Assembly: GCA_044376115.1 (NCBI GenBank)
Contig: JBILLK010000002.1
Location: forward strand, 32,001-96,000
DNA from: Polyangiaceae bacterium
Lineage (GTDB): Bacteria; Myxococcota_A; Polyangia; Polyangiales; Polyangiaceae
DNA: 64,000 bases
Reading direction: 5' to 3'
The notes beneath the pieces are model-generated. The model had not been told where the DNA came from. It was given only the letters and a program-made list of their open reading frames with translations, and made no database searches. A program made the translations under genes and the position numbers. Positions 47,710-55,770 of the stretch are shown one piece after another (the stretch's first letter is position 1; every line of letters starts with the position of its first letter).

Positions 47710-48870
47710 CTACGCGAGCAGCTCCTCGGCGATCGGCCTCACCACCAGACGGTGCGCCTCCGCGAGCGCCTTCTCAATCTCCGCGGCCGGCGGCCGGCCG
47801 TGCGCCGCACACGCCCACCCGGAGTCGGCGGCGCTTGCGAGCGGCTGTGCAAAGGCCTCGCGCGCAGCCTCGCGCACCGCATCGCCGCCTTCACGCAGCA
47901 GCCAGGCGAGGGCGCGCCACGCGAGCTCAGCGTGCCGCGACTCATCGCGCACGATCGTCTGCAACGCGGCGCGTACCGCAGGATCCGTCGCAGTCTCGAG
48001 TTGGAAGGCGGCCTGCGCCGCGGCCAACGTCTCCCCGATGCAGCCCTCGCGTACCACCGCGCGCGCGATCTCCGCCAGATCCTCACGCACTTCGAGTGAG
48101 CCGCCCATCGGGAACTTGGCCGGCCGTAAGGCCGTACTCGCGTAGGTCGACGCGAGTGCGAAACAGAGCTTTGCGTGCTGCACCTCGTCGAGCGCCGCGC
48201 GATGCGCATCGGCGATCAAGTCCGCCGGCGCTCCCACCGCGAGCAGCTCCAGCGCGAAACGCCCGAAAGACGCCACCGAAGCGTGCTCGAGCAGAGCGTC
48301 GCTAAGCCACGCTTGCGCCAGCTCGCGTCGGTCTTCCGCGCTCAGCCCGGCCAGGCTCGGAGCAGCCGCCTCACTCCAACCGCTCAGCGCCGCGCCCACC
48401 GTCGCGACAGCCTTTTTTCCGGCCACGACGAACGGCCGACCCACCCCACACTCGTCCTCCGAGCCCGCCACGAAGCTGTAGCAACAAAGCCCGTCTTGCA
48501 CCCAAGGCAGGCTCACATTGGCCGGCGGAATGCCGCAAAAATTGGTGGGCAAAAATGGCAACGCTGCGTCCGGGCCGAGGCAGTCGAGCTCGCTCATCGG
48601 CGGCGGCATCACCTCGAGGCAAGCCGATTGGGTCGGCGCGCCGCCTGTATTGCCACCACCGTCTGCAACGAAGCCGCCGTTGTTGTTCCCCCCGCCTGCG
48701 TTGAAACCGCCTTCGTTCCCGCCTCCTGCGTTGCCCCCCGCCTCGCCGCCACCGGCTCCGCCGTCCTCGACCTCGATCGTCGAGTCGCAGGCCGTGCCCA
48801 GGACCGTCAGCAGCAGCGTGGCCCGAAGTCGTGAGCGAAAGGCGTGATTGAAAGTCGTCGCGGAGGTCAT
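47710..48870 (-). CDS. ferritin-like (diiron) domain lipoprotein with N-terminal CCY domain
   Basis: GTAC lipobox; EHASVASF, DEVQH, EGCIGET and DESRH ligand motifs. Confidence 0.88.
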   Translation of the reverse strand: MTSATTFNHAFRSRLRATLLLTVLGTACDSTIEVEDGGAGGGEAGGNAGGGNEGGFNAGGGNNNGGFVADGGGNTGGAPTQSACLEVMPPPMSELDCLGPDAALPFLPTNFCGIPPANVSLPWVQDGLCCYSFVAGSEDECGVGRPFVVAGKKAVATVGAALSGWSEAAAPSLAGLSAEDRRELAQAWLSDALLEHASVASFGRFALELLAVGAPADLIADAHRAALDEVQHAKLCFALASTYASTALRPAKFPMGGSLEVREDLAEIARAVVREGCIGETLAAAQAAFQLETATDPAVRAALQTIVRDESRHAELAWRALAWLLREGGDAVREAAREAFAQPLASAADSGWACAAHGRPPAAEIEKALAEAHRLVVRPIAEELLA

Positions 48871-49070
48871 GCCGGCCGGCAAGCAGCGGACGTGCCAAGC
48901 CTTTTGCGCGGCATTTGCGGCAGTTGGCTCAACCGCGAGCCAAGTTGTGCCGCTGATTCGCGGCGGCTCGTGCGAAGCACTCGGCGTTCGTGGGGGGAGC
49001 GGCCCATGGTGAAGCCTTGCTCGCGTGTGCCTTGACGCTCATCGCTCAGGTCAATAGCTCTTCGTCCAAG

Positions 49071-49968
49071 ATGCGGATTCCGCTCCCCCTGCGACCTGCG
49101 CGTCGTCCGCACATCAAGAAACTATCGCGTTCCGCTGCAGCAACCACGCTGATCGTAGCGGCAATGGCAGCTCTTCTAACGCCTCAACCAGGGTGTCAGG
49201 TCTTCCGTCCCCCTTCTTCCCACGCAGAGGGCTCTGCATGTGTGCGCTCTGCTCGACCGAGCCGTTCTGCTTCGACCCGGCGCGCGCTGAGGGAGAGCAG
49301 GTTTACGATCGGCCGTGTGACCGGCCCGAACACGAAGCGATCGACGCCGATCGTGTGAAAGGGATCGGCTCCCGAGAAGGCGGCTTCTTCTGCAACCTCC
49401 TTCAACCGAGAAGTCGGTCGGGGGGCTCGTCGGACTTGAGTGTCCAGCAGACGACGGGGCCCGCGCAGAATTCCAGAACCTCGACCCGTGCATCGATCTT
49501 CCACCCTGTGCTCGCCCCGAGGAGTGTGATGATCCGTCCGAGGAACGGCTGTGTTCGGAGGTGACAACGTCGGCGCTGCGCGGTGTTTGCGTCGCGAACC
49601 CGCCGCTGGGCGAGGACGTGGATGAGGCGCAGCGGCTCACGCAGGGCGCGGCGCTCGCCGTCGAAACCCTGGCTGATACGTGCGCCTACTACGGCGTCAC
49701 GCCTCCACAGTCTGGGCCTGCCCGGTACTGTTTCTTGTCCTGCGTCACGCCACAAAGCTGCACGCTCGGTGATCCCACGATCACCGACTCCTGCGAGAGC
49801 TGCAACGAGAGTTACGCCCGTAAGTCAGACCCCTCTGAGCCACGACGCGCTCGGACCATTGGATTGCGGCACCGATTCCCCGTAACGACGAGGCGTTGGC
49901 GTAGGGTCCCAACCGCTTTTTTCGGGGCGCGAGTGCGCATTCGCCCCGCGCCCTCAACCTTCGGTTGA
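49071..49968 (+). pseudogene. Cys-rich lipoprotein gene broken by at least two frameshifts
   Basis: Signal ending TPQPGC (frame 3), then SGLPSPFF..CMCALC..FFCNL (frame 2), then TEKSVGG..CPADD..CAYYG..CESCN (frame 1); shifts near 49195 and 49404; 3' end uncertain. Confidence 0.6.
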
Positions 49969-49999
49969 AACCTCCTCCCACCGCTGTAAAGAGCTGCGC

Positions 50000-50281
50000 A
50001 TGATCGATGCGACGCTGGTTGCCAGGTTGGCCGAACTTGCGGCTCTTGAGCTCGAGTCCGAAGAGGTGCTCTCGCTGACGGCGGATCTGCAGCGGATCGT
50101 CGAGTATGTGAACGTACTCTCGGAGGCGGATACAAGCTCGCTCACCGCTCCAACCGAAGCGATCTCGGCCTTGCGCGCTGACGAACCTCACGCGTCGCTC
50201 GCCCCCGAGTTGGCGTTGGCCGAGGCTCCTCGAAAGCAGAGCGGCGGCTTCTCGGTTCCCGCCTTCGTGGACGAGGGTTGA
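50000..50281 (+). CDS. gatC: Asp/Glu-tRNA amidotransferase subunit C
   Basis: V..LA.LA.L..., LR.DE and F.VP; directly upstream of gatA. Confidence 0.93.
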   Translation: MIDATLVARLAELAALELESEEVLSLTADLQRIVEYVNVLSEADTSSLTAPTEAISALRADEPHASLAPELALAEAPRKQSGGFSVPAFVDEG

Positions 50282-50284
50282 GCC

Positions 50285-51757
50285 ATGGAGCTACCGAACA
50301 CAGCGCTCGCGATTCGTGAGGCCGTCGTCAGCGGCAAACTCTCCGCCGCCTCGGTGGTCGAGCAAACCTTCGCTCGCATGGAGGCCGCCACGAACCTTGG
50401 CGCCTTCCTCACCAGCTGTCGCGCCCACGCCGAAGAAACCGCGCGCAACCTCGACGCGCAGGTGCAAAGCGGCGCCGCCCTCGGACCGCTCGCCGGCGTG
50501 CCCATCGCCGTCAAAGACGCGCTCGCCACCTCCTTCGCCCCAACCACCTCGGCCTCGCGCATCTTGTGCAAAGGCCAGAGCGCCGATTCGGGTTTTCGCC
50601 CGCCCTACGACGCCACCGTGGTCGAGAAGCTGCGCGCCGCCGGAGCGATCATCGTCGGCAAAACCAACATGGACGAGTTCGCCATGGGCTCCTCTAACGA
50701 GAACAGCGCCTTCTTCCCCGCGCGCAATCCTCACGATCCCAGCCGCATCCCCGGCGGTTCGAGCGGTGGCAGCGCGGTGGCCGTCGCCGCCAAGCTCACC
50801 CCGATCGCGATCGGCTCGGACACCGGCGGCTCGATTCGCCAGCCCGCGGCGATGTGCGGCGTGGTCGGCGTCAAGCCCAGCTACGGCCGGGTCTCCCGCT
50901 TCGGTCTTTTCGCCTTCGCCTCGAGCCTCGATCAGATCGGCGTCTTCGCTCATGACGTGCGCGATGCAGCGCTGGCCATGCAGGTGATCGGCGGCTTCGA
51001 TGCGCGCGACGCCACCTCGCGTGAGATCGAAAATCCGGCCTGGTCGCCCGCTGCTGCGAGCTCGCTGAGCGGGCTGCGCGTGGGCGTCCCCAGCGAATAC
51101 TTCGGTGAGGGCATTCACGCTGGTGTGCGCGCTTCGGTAGAGCAAGCCATCGAGCAACTGCGTGCACTCGGCGCTACCACCGTCCCGGTCTCCTTGCCGA
51201 ATACGCGCTTCGCCGTGGCCGCGTATTACGTGCTCGCGACGGCCGAGGCGTCCTCCAACCTCAGCCGCTACGACGGCGTGCGCTTCGGTTTGCGCGTCGA
51301 AAAGTCAGGTCAATCGTTGAAGGAGCTGTACAAAGGCACGCGCGGTCGCGGCTTCGGTAGCGAGGTCAAACGGCGCATCATCCTCGGCACCTTCGTGCTC
51401 TCGTCGGGCTACTACGACGCCTACTACAAGCAGGCCGAGAAGGTGCGCGCGCTGATCAGCGCAGACTTCCAGCGCGTCTTCGATCAAGTGGACGTGCTCG
51501 CCACGCCCACGAGCCCCACGGTGGCCTTCCCCTTGGGGGCGCGCACGCACGATCCGCTCGCGATGTACCTCGCCGACATTTGCACCTTGCCGGCGAGCTT
51601 GGCCGGCTTGCCGGCGCTCTCGCTGCCTTGCGCGCCGGCGGCCCCGGCCGAGGGAGGCGCGCCGCTTCCGGTCGGTCTGCAGCTGATTGGTCGCTCCTTC
51701 GAGGAAGCGCGTTTGTACGATGTGGCGCACGCCTTCCTCGAGGCTCAACGTGGCTGA
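50285..51757 (+). CDS. gatA: Asp/Glu-tRNA amidotransferase subunit A
   Basis: Amidase signature GGSSGGS..GSDTGGSIRQPA, SSNLSRYDG, GFG.EVKRRI.LG and YYDAYY. Confidence 0.98.
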   Translation: MELPNTALAIREAVVSGKLSAASVVEQTFARMEAATNLGAFLTSCRAHAEETARNLDAQVQSGAALGPLAGVPIAVKDALATSFAPTTSASRILCKGQSADSGFRPPYDATVVEKLRAAGAIIVGKTNMDEFAMGSSNENSAFFPARNPHDPSRIPGGSSGGSAVAVAAKLTPIAIGSDTGGSIRQPAAMCGVVGVKPSYGRVSRFGLFAFASSLDQIGVFAHDVRDAALAMQVIGGFDARDATSREIENPAWSPAAASSLSGLRVGVPSEYFGEGIHAGVRASVEQAIEQLRALGATTVPVSLPNTRFAVAAYYVLATAEASSNLSRYDGVRFGLRVEKSGQSLKELYKGTRGRGFGSEVKRRIILGTFVLSSGYYDAYYKQAEKVRALISADFQRVFDQVDVLATPTSPTVAFPLGARTHDPLAMYLADICTLPASLAGLPALSLPCAPAAPAEGGAPLPVGLQLIGRSFEEARLYDVAHAFLEAQRG

Positions 51758-52370
51758 TTCAACGGCCGCGCTCGGGCTCGAGGTTCGCTTGGTGACCGCC
51801 GCCGATCGCGCGGCGCTCGAGGCGCTCTTCGACGCGGTGGGCTCCTCCTGTTTTTGTCGCTACTTCCACTTCGAAGGCGACAAGAACGATTGGCTCGCGG
51901 CGCTCGCCTTCGCCCCCGACGATCAACGCAACTGGCTCGCCAGCGGGCTGGCATCCGGTTCTGCGGAGACGAGGGGTTTGATTGCGCGGACCAACGATGG
52001 GCAGGTCGTCGGCTGGTTGAAGCTGGCTCAAAAATCGTGCGCCCCCAAACTCTACGGCCAGCGTTATTACCGCTCATTGGCCTGCCTCGCGGAGGGAGAC
52101 GCCGAGCGCACCGCGCATCTTTCCTGCGCGCTGATTCATCCGTCCTTTCGCAACCGCGGCCTGCTCGCCGAGCTCGTGCGTGGAGCTGTGCTCCACGCAG
52201 CCGAGCTCGGCTTCACCCAGCTGGAGGCCTTCCCGCGTGTGGTCGCATGCCGCGTGACCGATGAGGAGATGTTTACGTTGCCCGCCTCGGTGCTGACCGC
52301 CCAAGGCTTTGAAGTCGTCGGCGGAGACCCAGCCTACCCGGTGGTCCGCTTGCCGTTGGTGAAAGCATGA
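51750..52370 (+). CDS. GNAT family acetyltransferase
   Basis: CFC motif, R.RG, LEAFP and GFE; overlaps gatA and truB. Confidence 0.82.
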   Translation: MADSTAALGLEVRLVTAADRAALEALFDAVGSSCFCRYFHFEGDKNDWLAALAFAPDDQRNWLASGLASGSAETRGLIARTNDGQVVGWLKLAQKSCAPKLYGQRYYRSLACLAEGDAERTAHLSCALIHPSFRNRGLLAELVRGAVLHAAELGFTQLEAFPRVVACRVTDEEMFTLPASVLTAQGFEVVGGDPAYPVVRLPLVKA

Positions 52371-53281
52371 GCCCGAAGTTCTCCGGCATTTTGTTGGTCG
52401 ATAAGCCTCAAGGGCTGACCAGCCACGACGTGGTCGGACGGCTGCGCAAGCGCTTGGGCGAAAAGAAGATCGGGCATGCCGGCACGCTCGACCCGATGGC
52501 CACCGGTCTGATCGTGGCGCTGATCGGCGAGGGCACCAAGCTCGAGCCGTACCTCGCGCGCGCCGACAAGAGCTACCTGGCCACCGTGCAGTTCGGCAGC
52601 TCCACCGACACGCTCGACGCCGAAGGCAGAGTCACCGCCGAAGCACCGCTGTCACCGGCCCTCGCCGCCGAGCTTGCAGCTCGCGCGCAAGGCCCGGCCG
52701 AGACTCCGCTGATCGCGCAGGCCCTGGCGGCCCTGCGCTCCCGCGAGCAACAGATCCCGCCGGCTCATTCGGCTATCCACGTAGACGGCCAGCGCAGCTA
52801 CGATCTGGCGCGCAAAGGCCAAGCGGTGGAGCTACCGCCGCGCGAGGTGAAGCTGCTCGAAGTGGCGATCGAAGCGGCCAGCGCGACCACGCTCACGCTC
52901 AGCATGACGGTGAGCAAGGGCTACTATGTGCGCTCCTTTGCGCGGGATCTGGCGGCCTTGCTCGAGGTGCCCGGCCATCTCAGCGCGCTGCGCCGTACGC
53001 GCTCCGGCGCCTTCGACGTAAAGGACGCAGCGCTGCTCGAGCAGGAGGCGCTGAGCGAGCGGATGCTCGGCTTGGTGCAAGCGGTGCAGCTCGGCGGCCT
53101 GCCCACGCTGCAGCTCGATGAGGCCGGAGCTCGGGAGATCGGCTTCGGCCGAGCCATCGACGCGCCGGCCGAACTCGGCCCGGCCGAGTTCGTCGCGCTG
53201 CTCAATCCGGCCGGCGGCCTGATCGCGATCGCTGAGCTCCGCGAAGCGAAGCTCAGCGTCGCGCGCGGCTTCCAAGGTTGA
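52367..53281 (+). CDS. truB: tRNA pseudouridine(55) synthase
   Basis: DKP.G.TSHDVV, GHAGTLDP.ATG, SKG.YVRS and LRRT. Confidence 0.97.
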   Translation: MSPKFSGILLVDKPQGLTSHDVVGRLRKRLGEKKIGHAGTLDPMATGLIVALIGEGTKLEPYLARADKSYLATVQFGSSTDTLDAEGRVTAEAPLSPALAAELAARAQGPAETPLIAQALAALRSREQQIPPAHSAIHVDGQRSYDLARKGQAVELPPREVKLLEVAIEAASATTLTLSMTVSKGYYVRSFARDLAALLEVPGHLSALRRTRSGAFDVKDAALLEQEALSERMLGLVQAVQLGGLPTLQLDEAGAREIGFGRAIDAPAELGPAEFVALLNPAGGLIAIAELREAKLSVARGFQG

Positions 53282-53304
53282 CGCAGGCGGCGTAGGCTGA
53301 CCGT

Positions 53305-54450
53305 ATGGCCCGCTTCGCTTTCCTGTTGCTGACGGTGGCGCTGAGTTCGGCCTGTTTGGCGGTGCAGTATGAATCGCCCACGGGAGGAGCCGGCGGAGCC
53401 GGAGGCGCGGGGCAAGGCGGAGCCTCCTGCGAGCTCGACTGCGACGATGAAAACGTTTGCACCGACGACTTCTGCGCCAGCGAGAGCAGCTGCGGTCATA
53501 GCTCGAGCACGCTGCCGCCACCGCAGCTCGCGGGCGACTGTCGCACGGCCGTATGCGATGGCAGCACGCTGAGCAGCGAGGTCGATCTCGCGGACGTCCC
53601 GCCCGATACGGCCAATCCGTGCAGCGAGAGCGCCTGTCTCGACGACGGCACGCCCACGCAGATCAACGTCGACGGCACCTGCGGGACCGACGGCGCCTTT
53701 GAGTGCTTCGACGGCACGTGCTCGTGCAACGTATCCGCGGACTGCACCGACTACGAGACCGAGTGCGCCAACGCCGATTGTGTGGGCGGCCTGTGCGTGG
53801 TCAGCTACGAGGCCGCTGGTACCGTGGTTGCGGATGACGGTGTCGCGGGCAATTGCGTTGGTCGCGTTTGCGACGGCGTAGCGTTGGTGGCTGCGGTCAG
53901 CGTCAATCCGCTCGATCTGCCTGCGCCCAACGGCAATCCTTGTCAGTACGCAGCTTGCGTGGAGGGCGTTCCAGCCCAACTCAACGCAACCATCAACAGC
54001 CCTTGTCCCGGCGGGTTTTGCAACGGGTCGGGTGGCTGCGTGGAGTGCGTCACGAACGAGCAATGCCCCGAGGCCACGCCAACCTGCGTCGCCGGCGAAT
54101 GCGCCGAGTGTGGCGTCGACTCCGATTGCCCGGGCGGCGGCTTTTGCTTGCCCACCAAGGAGTGCGTGCAGTGCATGACCAATGCTGATTGCGCGACGGC
54201 CCAGCAAGGTAGCGTGTGCATCGCCGGGGAATGTGGTTGCACTGGGGACGCTGATTGCCCCGATGAAGGAGATCCGTATTGCAACACCGAGGGCTCCTTC
54301 TGTGCGGCCTGCGTTACGAACGCCCACTGCAGCGGCAACCCGGATGGGGAGCGCTGCCTCTCGATTCTCGGTATTCGATGCGGTTGTCAAACCGCCGGTG
54401 ACTGTCCCGGCAGCAGTATGTGCGGTCCGGGCTTTGCCTGTATCAACTAG
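53305..54450 (+). CDS. Cys-rich repeat lipoprotein
   Basis: SSAC lipobox; CDD.N.CT.D.C and CVEC..N.DC repeats. Confidence 0.85.
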   Translation: MARFAFLLLTVALSSACLAVQYESPTGGAGGAGGAGQGGASCELDCDDENVCTDDFCASESSCGHSSSTLPPPQLAGDCRTAVCDGSTLSSEVDLADVPPDTANPCSESACLDDGTPTQINVDGTCGTDGAFECFDGTCSCNVSADCTDYETECANADCVGGLCVVSYEAAGTVVADDGVAGNCVGRVCDGVALVAAVSVNPLDLPAPNGNPCQYAACVEGVPAQLNATINSPCPGGFCNGSGGCVECVTNEQCPEATPTCVAGECAECGVDSDCPGGGFCLPTKECVQCMTNADCATAQQGSVCIAGECGCTGDADCPDEGDPYCNTEGSFCAACVTNAHCSGNPDGERCLSILGIRCGCQTAGDCPGSSMCGPGFACIN

Positions 54451-54461
54451 CGGCCCCTCGC

Positions 54462-54995
54462 ATGTTCGACCTTCAGCCCACCCTCAGCGATACACGCGTC
54501 CGCTTGCAGCCCCTCCGCGAAGAGGACTTCGAACCGCTCTACGCAGTAGCGAATGACCCACTCTTGTGGGAGCAACATCCATCGCCCACCCGCTATCAAC
54601 GCGAGGTCTTCGCCACCTACTTCGAGGGCGCGCTGCAATCGAAAGGCGCCTTCCTGATTCGTGACGCTGAGGACGGTAGCGCCATCGGGAGCTCACGTTT
54701 CTATGACCTCGATGAAGCCCAAAAGCAGGTGACCATCGGCTACACCTTCGTCGCCCGACGCTGTTGGGGCAAAGGCCACAACCAAGCAGTCAAGGCGCTG
54801 ATGCTCGGCCACGCCTTCCAATCCGTCGAGCGCGCGCTCTTCCACGTGGGCGCCCAAAACAAACGCTCCCGCATCGCGATGGAGCGCCTCGGCGGCGTGC
54901 TAATCGGCGAAAAGAACGTGGCGTACTTCGGCGAGAAGTCGAACCCCAACGTGGTCTACGCAATCGAGCGCGAAGCCTGGTTCAAGAGAGCCTGA
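54462..54995 (+). CDS. GNAT acetyltransferase (RimJ/RimL-like)
   Basis: IGSSRFY, IGYTF...WG.G.N and N.RS..A.ERLGG. Confidence 0.9.
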   Translation: MFDLQPTLSDTRVRLQPLREEDFEPLYAVANDPLLWEQHPSPTRYQREVFATYFEGALQSKGAFLIRDAEDGSAIGSSRFYDLDEAQKQVTIGYTFVARRCWGKGHNQAVKALMLGHAFQSVERALFHVGAQNKRSRIAMERLGGVLIGEKNVAYFGEKSNPNVVYAIEREAWFKRA

Positions 54996-55064
54996 GCTCG
55001 TCGGCAGCACGGCGTGTGATTCCAGCGCGAGGATCCCAGCGCGAGGATGGGACCTCCAATTGGA

Positions 55065-55123
55065 CGTTTTGTTGAGTTCACGCGCCCATCCCCAACCGAT
55101 GGGTCCTCGAACTCAACAAAACG
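55065..55123. repeat. perfect 15-bp AT-rich inverted repeat with inner 6-bp stem
   Basis: CGTTTTGTTGAGTTC ... GAACTCAACAAAACG; inner CCCATC/GATGGG. Confidence 0.92.
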
Positions 55124-55229
55124 CTCACTTAGACCACCGATCCCCGAGGCGCCGCCGGCTCCGACGCTCGGTGCGGGCTGCCATCAGCGCAGCGCGCTCC
55201 CAACGCGACCGCCTAGCCGACCTAGCCCT

Positions 55230-55523
55230 TCAGCACTGCCCTGGGATCCCAGCGCAAACGCTGTAACAACAGCCTTGCGGGGTCAGCTGGCCTTCGCTCA
55301 AGGCCGTGAGCCCGCTGCAGGCCCCGCCGATTTGAGCGGCCGGCATACAAGCTCCAAAGGGGAGGGCGGGGAAGCAGGACATCTGCAGCACGCCGTTGCA
55401 CGCGGGCCGCGGAGGTGGCATCGGCGGGAGCGGCTCGGGCGGCGGGCTCGAGGAACAGGCGACGAGCAGCCCCACCCACAGCGCCGTTGCCATCGCTCCG
55501 AGACGTGCCCCCGAACTCTTCAT
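55230..55523 (-). CDS. small Cys-rich lipoprotein with CCYS motif
   Basis: LVAC lipobox, Pro linker, eight further Cys. Confidence 0.65.
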   Translation of the reverse strand: MKSSGARLGAMATALWVGLLVACSSSPPPEPLPPMPPPRPACNGVLQMSCFPALPFGACMPAAQIGGACSGLTALSEGQLTPQGCCYSVCAGIPGQC

Positions 55524-55770
55524 CGCCGCGAGCCTAGCAGGTTGCCGTCGTGGGCGCGGTACGCGCGGCCGAGGGAGTGCACTCGCTCGAAAGGCGGCTT
55601 CAGCGCCTCTTTCGCCCGCCGGAAAAGTCCCCGCGCGACGGCCCAACAATGATAAGTCGGGCTCGTTCGACCGAGCGACGTGAGCTTGGAATCAGCCGCT
55701 CCGGTTCAGCGTTCTCCGTCCTCTGAAGCCTCGTTCAAAGCTCCGCCCCGCTGCGTGCCGATGAATACCG

